Assembly: GCF_036971445.1 (NCBI RefSeq)
Contig: NC_091480.1
Span: 65,968,001 to 66,032,000 of the forward strand
From: Narcine bancroftii
Taxonomy: Eukaryota
Direction: 5' to 3'
DNA length: 64,000 nucleotides
Within the stretch, counting starts at the first letter, position 1. Each line of letters starts with the position of its first letter. Positions 35,705 to 48,300 of the stretch are shown here, piece by piece. The notes beneath the pieces were generated by a model, which saw only the letters and a program-made list of their open reading frames with translations, was not told the DNA's origin and made no database searches. A program made the position numbers and the translations under genes.

Positions 35705-36289
35705 CCATATCTACTCTTCATGCCACCCTTTGCATATTACGCTGTCCGGGGGCTTAAAACCTACCGCATTCTTGGGGTCCCTTGCTTGGCCAGGTGAATT
35801 GCCCCCTGTCTGACCAAGGGTCCCTCCACCTGACCACGGATCATTCCTCCTGACCACATCCACACACTTGCGCGCACACACACACGCATTCACAGACGCC
35901 CACACACACACACACACACACACGCACATAAGTTTTTCCAGTCCGTGTGTTCAATCCACCTTCTCAGAGCCCCTTTCCCAGCCAGGAGACTCGACGCCCC
36001 TCCACATCACCTCTCACTAAGGGTACACCACTGGATACACACAAACACCAAGGTGACTGCACCCATGTGATGTGCTGGGCAGGGCTGTCCGTGAGGTAGA
36101 CAGGCCATTCTGTGATTAGCGGGCATTGCGATCACAGTCGGGATAGTGGTATGGTTGGACTCATTGGTGAAGGTCAAATGGGCTTGAGGTCAGAGGTTAG
36201 TGTGGGGTCATTGGGGAAGTTTGTGCTTTGTGAGGTCACTGTCCAGGATTTGAACGATCTGTTGAGGGAGCTGACTGTGGTTTTAATTG

Positions 36290-36790
36290 ATGGTTCTGAT
36301 AGTTTTTCCTGATGGGAGCAGCTGGAAGATGTGAGGTGCATTGTGGTGGGGTCTTCCCTGATTTTGAGAGGCCGCTTTAAATACCCATCTCAGTAAATCA
36401 CATTAATGGGAGTGTGCTCCCAGTAATCCTCGCTGCTGCTTTTATGGTCCAGTGGATTTACCTCTGCCCTGTCGCCACGTAGGAACTGTCCGGCCCTGTG
36501 ATACAGCCGGCCTGGACATACTCCATAGAGCTTCTGCAGGAAGTTGACATGATGGTGGGTGATAGTCTTTCCCGTTTAAGCCTTCTAAAGGAGTGCGGTC
36601 GCTGTCGCACCTTCCTGACAAGTGAGGAGATATTGAGTACCCACGATAGGTCATGAGTCATGTGAGCTCCAAAAAACTTGGTGCTCTCCACTCTCGCCAC
36701 TCTCAAGCTATTAACATGCAGTGGAGGCTGATCGTTCCTGGTCCTCCCGAAGGCCACAATCATCTCCTTTGTCTTGATGTACGTTGACTT
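36290..36790 (-). mobile_element. Rex1/Babar-like LINE fragment (present in each unit)
   Basis: MIVAFGRT...VARVESTKFFGAHM...LVRKVRQRPHSFRRLK; homologous to 12000-12250. Confidence 0.75.
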
Positions 36791-36904
36791 AATGGTAAGA
36801 GTGTGGCAGTGGGGTGTAATGACTCAGATTAGAGGCCTGTGTCTAATGGTGCGCTGCAGGATTCAGCACTGGCCCCACTCTTGTCTCTTATCAATTTGAA
36901 TGCC

Positions 36905-38490
36905 TTCTTTTCTTTGAATATTTTATTTATTCAACATATATAATGTCAAGAAGTTAATATAATACCATAGTTACATAATAGTATCTTAACAAATATATGC
37001 TGAAACTATATAAAAAACTAAAATATAAAATAAAAAAGACTAACTACTACAAATAAAAACCGTACACCTACTAATCCATTCACCTGAACTAATCTAATCC
37101 CTAAACTGAAATATATGCCATTTCATTATAAAATGATTACAAATATTTAATTCGGATTGTATCAGTTGACAATCAGAGACCTCAAAAACACCATAAAATT
37201 ACACTTTCAGAGAAAACTTCACTGATCAGGAAAAATAAATTAATAAAATCATACTTTTAATTTCATTATTTTAGCATAGGGACCCCAAATTTTTTAAAAC
37301 AAGAAAAGTTATTCCTTAAATTAGAAGCAATTTTTTCTCATGGAATACAGCTTTGTATTTCAGCATGCCGTCTATCTAATGTTAATGAAACATCGGATTT
37401 CCATGTCACGGTAACACATTTCCTCGCTTTTACTAAAATCAACTTAACAAATTTTAATTGCAAATCTGACAGCGATAATGTAGGAGTGACACTTTCAAAA
37501 TGTCCCAACAAAAATAATTCACGATTTAAAGGAAAGTTCACTCCTGTGATCCGTGGCAAACCCCCAAAGGGTTGACCTTTGAACAAGACCACGTGGAATG
37601 AAGAAAGGTACCAATATCCGTTCCACATCTAAAACATTGATCCGATAAATCCAATCTCCATCGACTCAATTTCTGAGGAGTAAATATGCAGTTGATGTAA
37701 AACATTATAATGAAATCATCTATCTCTTCCATTAATAGGATTTGTCAGAACCTCTTGACACAAATTTTGCCGGTTTTTTAGATCCATAATCATGTCCAAA
37801 CCTCGTTCCCATCTTTCTTTTGATTTAAGCAATCCTAATTTAGGTGTCAGTTCTTGTAATAAAATATATGCAATTGAAATAAATTTTTAAATCATTCCAT
37901 CAACCATAATTTGTTCCAAATTTGAAAGATCTTTTGAATAGTTTCCGATCCTAGTTTCTCTCTTTAGAAAACCCTTCGATTGAAAATAACTAATTAATGT
38001 ATTTTAAGGTACATCATATTCAATCATTAATTGACCTTAACACCCCCTCCTCATTTCCCTTCTAATACCATCTATTTGAAAAAGGAATCTCTTTTGTAAA
38101 AATCAACAAGGGATTAATTAATGGCGTTTTCAATGAAAGAATATTTCCACCAGTTTCCAAGTTTATTTAATTCCAAATATTCAACCAATGTTTTAATATT
38201 GGGCCTTCCCTGTCTATTACACTAGATTTAGAAAGACATTTATAAATAAACTCGTCTCCTATCTTATTTAATTCGATATCCACCCATGATGGACTAATGT
38301 TAACGGACATAAAAACTAACAAGCTTAATTGTGCTGCTTTGTACCAATTCTTAAAATTGGGACGTTGTCTTCCTCCTTGATCATATTTCCATGTTAATTT
38401 TACAACGACTTTCTTACCATCCTCACTTTCCAAAGAAATCCCTGAACTTGCTTATTTAAATCTTGAAAAAATTTTGAGGTTAAAGTGTGA
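36905..38490 (-). mobile_element. L1/Tx1-clade LINE ORF2 3' relic (present in each unit)
   Basis: AT-rich; minus-strand QGFLWK, GGRQRPNFKNWYKAAQL, TPQKL...DQCFRCGTDIGTFLHSTWSC (CCHC), ARKCVTVTWKS; T-rich tail on +. Confidence 0.75.
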
Positions 38491-38499
38491 ACGTCTTCA

Positions 38500-39030
38500 A
38501 TGCCGACGATACCAAAAGTTCGTGCTATAACTGAGAGTGGAGAAGGTGATCCCGGATTACAACAGGATGCAGATGAACTGGACAAGCAGAGCAAGGAACG
38601 GCAGATGGGATTTCACTCGGAAAGTGCGAGGTGTTGCATTGAGGTGGATTAATTAATCCAGGGCAAGAATTACATGGTGAATGGAAGGGCGCTGGGGCGT
38701 GCTGCAGCACAAGGAGGCTTAGGACGACAGCCAGATATTTCCATGGAGGCAGTGACCCAAGAGGACAGGGTAGCGAAGAAGGTGTTTTCCACGCTTGCCT
38801 TCTTTGGTTAGGGAAGTAAGTCCAGGTGCAGGGATGTCATGTTCCGACTCCACAGGACGTTGGGGAGACCAGAGCTGGAGTGTGGTGTGCAATTCTGGCC
38901 ACCCAGCGATTGGAAAGATTGAATTGGAATGGGTGCAGAACATTCATGAGAATGTTACTGGAGCTGGCATGATAATGAGAGGATGGGTGGGCTGGGGCTT
39001 TCCCCTTGAAGTGCAGGGAACTTTTACAGT
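38500..39030 (+). mobile_element. CR1-like fragment (present in each unit)
   Basis: gccgacgataccaaa (ADDTK), tggtgtgcaattctggccacc, ttggaatgggtgcaga. Confidence 0.65.
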
Positions 39031-40163
39031 ATAGTCTTACTATTCTAATATTTCAACTTCTATTCTAACTTATATTTATATAAATATGCTCCTTGGTACT
39101 GGAGAAAAGCTATTTCGTCTTTACTGTGCGAACACGTGTTGAACGTTGATGAAGGTGACTTGACTTGACTTGACGAGAGGGGGAAGTGGAGGAGACGAGC
39201 TGAGGGGACTCTGCGGCCGAGGGACCAGGTCATGCGGCGGGCTGCTGGCGACCGAAGCGAGGAACCCGCGGAAGGGAACAGCGATTCAAAGAGGTGCCGA
39301 TGGCGCTGAAGGGTCCCTGACCATGTCGGAGATCTGGAGCTCGAAGTGCCAATGGCTTGGACTGGATTCTGTGTGGCTGCGGGGGCAGGGGAAGCGCCGG
39401 AAGCGAATCTAAGGGGATGGGGGGTGGGGTGGGGGTGATTCTCTCCCTATAACTGTAAGTCTGACTGTAAGATCTATCAGAGGCGCTTTGGCAATTACTG
39501 CCGGTGGCGAATCTGTCTGCCTTGCAGCAAGCAAAAGGACATTTCATGTAATAGGACACTCTTTTACCACCAGCATGATCAGTTGAAGATAGAATCTTGA
39601 AAGATTTAAAGGGGACCTGTGGGGCACAGTTGTCATACAAAGGGTGGTGGGGAAATAGAAGGAGCGTCCAGAGACAGGAAAATTGTAAGGTGCACGAACG
39701 TCCATGGACAGGAAAGGTTTGAAGGCACATGGCTAAAGGCAGGTCAATGGGAGGAGATTGGAGTGTGCTGGGGACATCTGTAACCCAACCGCGGGGCTGG
39801 ATAGGCTGAGAAGAATGGCCCCTTAACCCGTCTCTTCGTCGCCTCCAGCCCGACACGGCCGTGCAGCTCTGGGCAGTCAGGAGCCTGCTTTTCTGGAGCC
39901 CATACATTTCTGCTGACGCCAGCGTTGCCCGCAGCGCCAAGGGCGGTGAGCAGCGCAGGGGAACAGGTTGGAACTCACGGCAGAAGGTGGCGGCCGACTC
40001 CTCCTCTCTCTCTCCATTGCTCCAACCCCATCCTTGTCACCTGATAAGCCGACCAAGCCCTCTGTACAGCTCATAAAAGCAGCTCCAGCCTCTCTCGGCT
40101 GCACCGGGGACTTGCGATCGCCGGAGCAGCTTCGCCGCCACAGAGCCCACATCATCTTTCACC

Positions 40164-43100
40164 ATGTCCTTAACAGGGATCAAGATAACAAGAAGCTCCT
40201 CCAGCAGATCAGGAGGACAACGAAGCTCCGGATTGGGACAATGGGGCGGGAGCCGCATGTCTTCCATAGGTGGAGGATTCAGATCGTCTGGAGGATACCA
40301 GGGTGCCGGGCGGGCTCAAAGTCTCATCCTGTCCAGTTCGAGAAGCTCGAGGTTGTCCCGCCCCTCCGGCATGGGGCTCGGTGTTGGTATGGGGCTCGGT
40401 GTTGGCATGAAGACGGCTGTGGATCTGCACAGCCCCTTACCCAAAAATGACCTCAGTCAGCAAGCCATTCGTCTCCAGGAGACGCAGCAGATCACTGGGC
40501 TCAACGACCGGTTTGCCTCTTTCATTGAGCAGGTCAGTGCACCAGCTCTCCCCCGTCGCGCATGTTGGGAAGCCGGGGTTGCGTGTGTCTGGCCAAATGG
40601 CGCCTCCTTTCCTTGCCGGCTCCCTGTCAATCTAACCGTGGGCTCGCTTCCCATCCGCAGGTTTGCGCGCTGGAACTGAAAAATACTGAACTGAAGACCA
40701 AACTGGATCTCCTGCAAAAGCAGGGAACTTCCACATCGAACATCGAGAACATGTTCCAAATGTACATCGCCAACCTCAAGAGGCAACTGGAAGCTCTGGG
40801 GCAGGAAAAAGCGAAGTTCGAGTCGGACCTTGTGCAAATGCAGGCGCTGGTTGAGGACTTTAAGGGCAAGTAAGTGCGTGTGAGGCATTCCCCATTTCAT
40901 CTGTTCTCGTCCCGGACGCGCTCACGGGGTCAGAGACATGGAGCATAAGCCGGCAGATTGCGGCAAGGTTCAATGTATGAGGCACCCCGCTCTCTCCCAC
41001 TCGGACACTTGGTTCTGGTGCGGCGGAGCAACAGCAGCGAGTGGGCGTCTGGGGCTTCTCTATGGGACCGGCAAGTGCGCCAAGAGGAGAGGCGCAGGCG
41101 AAGCCGAGCTCTGGAACGCGAGGAGCCTCCCAGAACTCTGAAAGCCAGCGAGATGGACCGGGAGATTCAGGGCAAGGAGGGCGCGCTGGTCTGGGGCGCG
41201 GCAGGGCCGATACTTCCCACGGAGCAGGGAGGGAAGAGCACTCCCAATGAACTGGGCAGCGTGCGAGGCGTCAGCACAAAGCAGCAGGGTCCCCTCGCAG
41301 CAACGGGACTCAATGCCTTCTTTGGAAGAGATTTTCCCTAAAGTCTAGATTCCTTTCAGGTACGAGGATGAAATTAACAAGCGGACTGAAATGGAGAACG
41401 AGTTTGTCATCGTCAAGAAGGTGAGTATGACTGGCGAGCTGTCTGTCCAATATGTCAAGCGCATTTCCGAGCGAGCTTTTCAAAGGCGTGGGTCACGAAC
41501 ATCTGTGGACACCATGGTTGAAGTAAGCAACGACCTTTCACAGCCGTGTGTCCCTTTCCTCTTCAGGATGTCGATGAATCCTACATGAACAAGGTGGAAC
41601 TGGAGGCGAGGCTGGAAGCCTTGACCGATGAACTCGAATTCCTCAAGAGTATCTTTGACGAGGTAAACAGGCGACATGGTCCGGCAATTGGTCCCTTGCC
41701 GATCCCTTCAATCTCCTTTCAGTTCTTTTCCTTCCGCCTGTTATGAGTCCAGAGGAGCCCAAAGCCCAGCAGCAAAAGATATTCACCACGACAAGTAGTT
41801 ACTTCAACAAAAGTTGTTTTAAATTCTCTTTAAACATGGAAACAGGATCAAACTTTAACGTATCACTATTAACTTAACGCCCCGACTTAAGCCCCTTTTC
41901 ATTCTGAGCGCACGTGTACGTAATGTGTGCGTAAATTTAAGAAATGTTCTTTGGAAAGGTAAATGTTTACCACCCAGGAAGGTCCTTGGAGGTTTGCAGA
42001 GAGACATGTGTTGTTCCAGGATTTGCACAATTCAGGTACCACCATTATTCACCTCAATGTCTTTTTGATGAAACTTGCCCCATGTGGGTTATCTAAATGA
42101 TAACCTCTTTCTTTCTGGCCAGCACAGTGTTCCTTTCTGTTCTTCCTATTCCAAAAGAAACATCAGACAGATAGCACTTCCAGCCATCCGCCACACTGGA
42201 GCTTCTGTTTCAGTTTGAACAACCTTCTCCTGGCTGACATTGTTCAGTTTCTCCCTCTCTCTGAGATTCAGAACAGCCAGCCACATGTCCTTCTCTCTCT
42301 CTCTCTCTCTCTCTCACTTGCAAAAACCCCTCGTCCTTCTCCAGCAAACAATAGGAGTTCATCTTCTGCTCCCATCTGTTGTTTTAGGTAAACAAACGTC
42401 TCAATGACCTTTGAGTGAGCCCTTTGCAGAGAGGTCAGAAGGCTTGCAAAAATGTCCAACACCATTTCAATTAGCACCTAATTGTGCAATGTGCATTGCA
42501 TTCTGCAAAGTTTCTGTAAAGCCACTGAATATGAATGCTTCAGAATTTCAAATAAGATCTGTTTTAAAATGTGTGTATGTATGTAACCTACTCTAATTCT
42601 ACCAATTTATCTCCCCAAAACATCTCCAAATATTCCATCACACCACCCACCTTTAGGAAATCCGCGAGCTACAGGCACAGATCCAGAACACTTCTGTCTG
42701 CGTGCAAGTGGACACTTCTCGTAAACTGGATATGAGTGGGATCATTGAACAGATCAAGAATCAATATAAAATATTGGCAGATGCTAACCGCAAGGAGGCT
42801 GAACAATGGAAAATGATGAAGGTAAGCGTTCGCATCCAAGTCGCCAGGTCCCACCTGCACTGGCAGCTCTGACCTCTGTGTTGGAGGGGGAAACCTTTTG
42901 CTGACCAGTTCTCGATGTGTCCTTGCAGATGCAAGAGCTGAGCATGTCAGGTGGAGGTTTGGAAGCAGACATGCGGGCAATAAAAACAGAATGTAATGAT
43001 CTGAATCAATCCATCCGGAGAATCAGCATGGACATCGAAAATCTTAAAGCCCAGGTAAGCCTCGGAGTGAAAGCATGCAGGATCTGGGTATCAACACCCG

Positions 43101-45316
43101 CAGTTTGGCAAAATACCCGCTTCTCCTCCCAGCCCAAAGCAAACGGCCAAGAGACAACTGAAATCTCCGATCAATTGGGTCGAATTTTGCCATTCCAGGA
43201 CCCTCTCACTCCTTCCGGGGAAAGGCTTAGGATGCTGATCCATTCTCAGCCAATCTACAACACAGCACGCTCAGCATGGTCCTTCTCAAGGAGGGGGTTT
43301 GGGTGGGGTGTGGCAGGTGAGGCAGCGCTCCACGTACAAGTCATCATGTTAACCTTTGTGCCACTTAGCGTTTGAAACTGGAGGCTGATATCAGAGAAGC
43401 GGAAGAACGTGGGGAAATGTCTCTCAAAGGCAGTAAAAGCAGAATTCAAGAACTGCAAGACGCCATCCAGAAAGCCAAGCAAGAGATGACCAAGCAAGTC
43501 CAGGAACTCGAGAATCTGATGCAAGTCAAGCTGGGTCTGGATATGGAGATTCTTGCCTACAGGAAGCTCCTAGAGGGAGAGGAAGCAAGGTAGGACATTG
43601 GGTAGTTCCACCTTCCATGTGTGACACCTCTACACCAATTCTGTTTTCTTGTTCCAAAGGAGCATGGGTGCAGCAGCCACGTACCTTGTACCCATGTGCT
43701 CCGCGGTGTGCCCCATTTGAGGTTGTGGAGATCCCTGCCATGCTCAGAAAGATGACTGCTTTTTACTATCAGCACTCAGGCGTGAAGAATGAGCAGCTCG
43801 GGCAAGGGTCTGCAGGCTAGAAATCCCCACGGGGTTTCACCCAACCAAGTCAGTGTTCCTTCGAGACGGAAGCAATTTGTAAACCTGAGCAAAATATGCC
43901 TCGAAACGTCCTCAAAAGGCCTGTGGTAACACGAATATTTCTTCTCAACAGGATGGCTGAAGGGATAAGAACACTCAGCATCCAATCAGTGCAACAGCAA
44001 GGTAGGCAGACGTGTCAAGATTTTACCCAGAGGACACAGCTATATGCATTGCTTTAATGATACTTGTTCATGAGTGTTACCTCACTGGCCTTCATGGTCT
44101 CCTGGCCAAGAGATGGTGTGAACTGAACTCCTCGCTTTTCCCTTCACATCCACCGTCCTTTCCTCAGAAAGCTCACAGTTGAAATCTCACCCCGAACTGA
44201 GACTCCACATCACGGCCTTCTTCTGCGATCAGTCGTCGGATGGCACCCTGGCTCCCAGCCTGTTGCTTTAACGAGACTCCATGTGTCTGTCTCATGGGCA
44301 GCAATCCCTCCTCATCCTTACCCTACCCGTGTCTCTGCAACAATATACACCGTTGCATTCACCTTCATTCTCCAGTGTTTCTTCTGCCTTCTCTCATTGG
44401 GACGGGATGCCCTCGCCCCTTTTGATGCCTGACTACCATTTGGTCAGCCGTTCATTCCCTCTAATGTCTGCTCTTCCTGTTCTGACATCAAGCCAAGGCA
44501 TTCATCAGAGACATAGTAGCAAGGCCATTCACCTCCATCGTCACCTCCTTCCTATAATCTAACTCAGTCCCTAAGTCAGGCTGACCTATTCATTTGTGCT
44601 TTTCCCTCTTCCACATTGAACTGTTGTGCTCCTCTCTTGGAGCCCTGTTCCAATTCTTGTTGGTACATCCATCTCCATCAAAGATCTCTTGTCCTCCTTG
44701 TAACTTATTCCAACTCCCACCACCCGCTTTGTTCCCTGATGTATATTTGTTCCGAACTTGGTAATGTCGCATCTTTCCGATCTCAGTGTCCAACTCTCTC
44801 CAGAGCCCTGTGACTGTCCTTACTTATCTCTGCACTCTACCGCCCTGTTATCTCGGTGCCTTGACTGACGGATACACCTCGAGCTCCCAAATGCTGACAT
44901 TTCAATGATCACCTTTCCAAATCTTACTTCATCTCGGGTTCTCTTTCCTTCTTTTCAAACACCGTCTCCCCGCCCGCCCCCCCCCCCCCCCCCACCCCAT
45001 GCTTTGATGTGTGCCGATGTAGCTTAGAGTGAAGCTTGTGTTCGATCGAGTCCTTTGGGGTGCATTGAAGTAGCAAAGTGTCTGCCTTGGTTGTTGCAGT
45101 TCTTTCCGAAATTGCAGCGTCCTCATTTCAATGGCCTTTCTCCCCCTTCTCTCCCCCACTGCAGCTGATTATGGGCAATTTAATCAATCGAGTAGCAAAA
45201 TGTCGGGATTTCTCCAAGGGGCCGGTGAGATGGAAAGCTCTTCCATACAACTCGGAACACCATTAATTACGAAATCGGTGCTGCAATCCAAAAGCCAAGT
45301 GCAGAGCACATTTTAA
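40164..45316 (+). CDS. Divergent type II keratin, array copy 2 (482 aa)
   Basis: Exons 40164-40532, 40661-40869, 41360-41420, 41567-41662, 42657-42821, 42929-43054, 43369-43589, 43952-44001, 45165-45316; intact; one 18-bp head repeat fewer than copy 1. Confidence 0.92.
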
Positions 45317-48300
45317 ATCACAAGGGAGAACCTCCTGTCCGCTCTGTCGCTCGTGGCTTCCTTGCCAGGCGCAGCAATTCTTCCTTGTGGTGTTTTTCGT
45401 GAAGTGGGTTCACTTGGTCACATTCCCTTTCTGCATGACCTTGGAATTCTGCTCAATGCAAGCCGTTGTGCAACATGACATTAACTTCGATCTTAATGAG
45501 GACAGAAATGATATTACATTAGTCTGCAGCTTGGGGTTGTGAGCAAATTGGGGAAGTCATCTTTATTTGTTGGTCGTTGTAAAACAAAAACTGACCCCAT
45601 GTTTTACATGCTGTATCTGCTCTCTGGTTCTCTCTCTTTCTGTATCGGAATTTACCTTGTTCATCAACTTTGAATAAACTGGAATATTTCAATCTGCAAC
45701 TCTGGATTTTACTTTGCTCAAACACATGATGAAATGATCGAAAAGGGCAGGGTTCACATCTTCGTGTCAACATTGAATCATTCCATTAGTTCCTCTCAAG
45801 GAAAAAATAGAACAGATAGAAGTCTCAAATCAAAATCACGCCCGACCAAGTCGAGCTGCAACAGAAGGGCTCCCTCACCAGAGATAGGCCAGTTTATTAT
45901 CTGAAAGTACATACATTGACACTGTTCACAATGCAGCTCGATTATCATAAATACTGTGCAACTCGTCAGTGGTGCAGTGAGATACGCACCGTGCCAGAAC
46001 AATCCCAGTGGGTCCTGCACACAGAACCAGTCCAAATTGAATGAGGAAAGGACTCTTCATCTCCGGGCTATAAGGGCCTTGCAGGAAATGGCACGGGGAC
46101 GAATCCAATGCGTTCTGCAATCTCTAATTTACCAGAATGACTGCAAATTCTCCCACCGCTCCCTGAAATGGCGGGTAAAGAAGTGGTAAGGCATGCTTGC
46201 CCTTATTGTTCACTGGGTCTAAAATTTGGGAGGTCACGCTGTAGCTGTGTAGCAATATGCTGAGGCCACATTTGGAGAATGCTGTGAAGTTCTGGTCACT
46301 GCTGTCCAAGGACATTTTCGAGAGGGTGCAGGACATTTTCAGCCGGGAGTTGCCTGCCTTCGAGAGTATGATCTCCAACGGGTTGGACACATTTGGATTG
46401 TTTTCATTTGAATGTTGGAGGCTGAGGGGCGTCCTGACAGCACCATATCAAATCATAACGGTCATAGATAGGCGAGATGGTCAAAGCCTCCCCACCCCCA
46501 CCCCCACCCCCACCGTGGCAAGGTCCAATATTAGAGAACGCAGCTGTCAGGTGAGACAGGGAAAGGTTAAAAGAGATGTGCGAGGCATGTTCTCCACACA
46601 ACACACTGAAGAGCTTTGCTCCGGGAGGCGGTGGAAGCAGGTAGCTGCAGCATTTGAAATAGAAGTGAGGCAGGTACAGGAATAGGACGAGATGGACAGA
46701 ACAAGACCCACATGCAGGCAGGTGGGATGATTGGAAAATTGGCCCGATGATTCCCACACACATCATGGGCTGAACAGCTTCTGCTAACTGGTCGATGTAC
46801 GGAGATTTAGAAAATCCAGAACAGTGAAGCGTTCAAAATTAAAACGTAGAATTCAATATACACGATCACAAGAACACGTCATTGAAAACGCAAATGAAAT
46901 GCTTCACTTGCTTTCAGTTACCCGGGCCCAGTGCCGGGTGCACCGTCTGTACAAACAGTCCCAATACCTGCTCACAGTTCGGGGACTCCCCCTGAGAGTC
47001 GGGCCTTTGTATTGGCCACATGGTGCCCAGGCAAAGACCTGCCCCCAGCCCACCACCCCATTGGGAAGCTGGATGTGCGCGGTTACTGGTGTGGGGCGAA
47101 AGTGGTTGGGATTCATTCCCTTCCCAACACAGGACTATCAAAACCCACGGAGCAGGACAGTTCGCCGCAGAGTGACTGTTTTCAGTGCCGGCAGGGATCA
47201 GTGTCCGTGGTTTCCTTCAGTAGCATTCGAGTTGTTGGCTCTCTCGGCATATTCATCAGCCACGCGTCCAACTGACACTCAGTGNNNNNNNNNNNNNNNN
47301 NNNNNNNNNNNNNNNNNNNNNNNNNNNNNNNNNNNNNNNNNNNNNNNNNNNNNNNNNNNNNNNNNNNNNNNNNNNNNNNNNNNNNNNNNNNNNNNNNNNN
47401 NNNNNNNNNNNNNNCCATATCTACTCTTCATGCCACCCTTTGCATATTACGCTGTCCGGGGGCTTAAAACCTACCGCATTCTTGGGGTCCCTTGCTTGGC
47501 CAGGTGAATTGCCCCCTGTCTGACCAAGGGTCCCTCCACCTGACCACGGATCATTCCTCCTGACCACATCCACACACTTGCGCGCACACACACACGCATT
47601 CACAGACGCCCACACACACACACACACACACACGCACATAAGTTTTTCCAGTCCGTGTGTTCAATCCACCTTCTCAGAGCCCCTTTCCCAGCCAGGAGAC
47701 TCGACGCCCCTCCACATCACCTCTCACTAAGGGTACACCACTGGATACACACAAACACCAAGGTGACTGCACCCATGTGATGTGCTGGGCAGGGCTGTCC
47801 GTGAGGTAGACAGGCCATTCTGTGATTAGCGGGCATTGCGATCACAGTCGGGATAGTGGTATGGTTGGACTCATTGGTGAAGGTCAAATGGGCTTGAGGT
47901 CAGAGGTTAGTGTGGGGTCATTGGGGAAGTTTGTGCTTTGTGAGGTCACTGTCCAGGATTTGAACGATCTGTTGAGGGAGCTGACTGTGGTTTTAATTGA
48001 TGGTTCTGATAGTTTTTCCTGATGGGAGCAGCTGGAAGATGTGAGGTGCATTGTGGTGGGGTCTTCCCTGATTTTGAGAGGCCGCTTTAAATACCCATCT
48101 CAGTAAATCACATTAATGGGAGTGTGCTCCCAGTAATCCTCGCTGCTGCTTTTATGGTCCAGTGGATTTACCTCTGCCCTGTCGCCACGTAGGAACTGTC
48201 CGGCCCTGTGATACAGCCGGCCTGGACATACTCCATAGAGCTTCTGCAGGAAGTTGACATGATGGTGGGTGATAGTCTTTCCCGTTTAAGCCTTCTAAAG

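Noticed and set aside
35112-35813. 233-aa ORF crossing the N-run (and its copies)
   Set aside because: Open only because of the Ns; no recognisable domain; frame differs between copies.
39230-39940. 236-aa minus-strand ORF repeated in each unit
   Set aside because: Spans TE relics and the unit junction, and its start is frameshifted in the third instance; recurrence reflects DNA duplication only.
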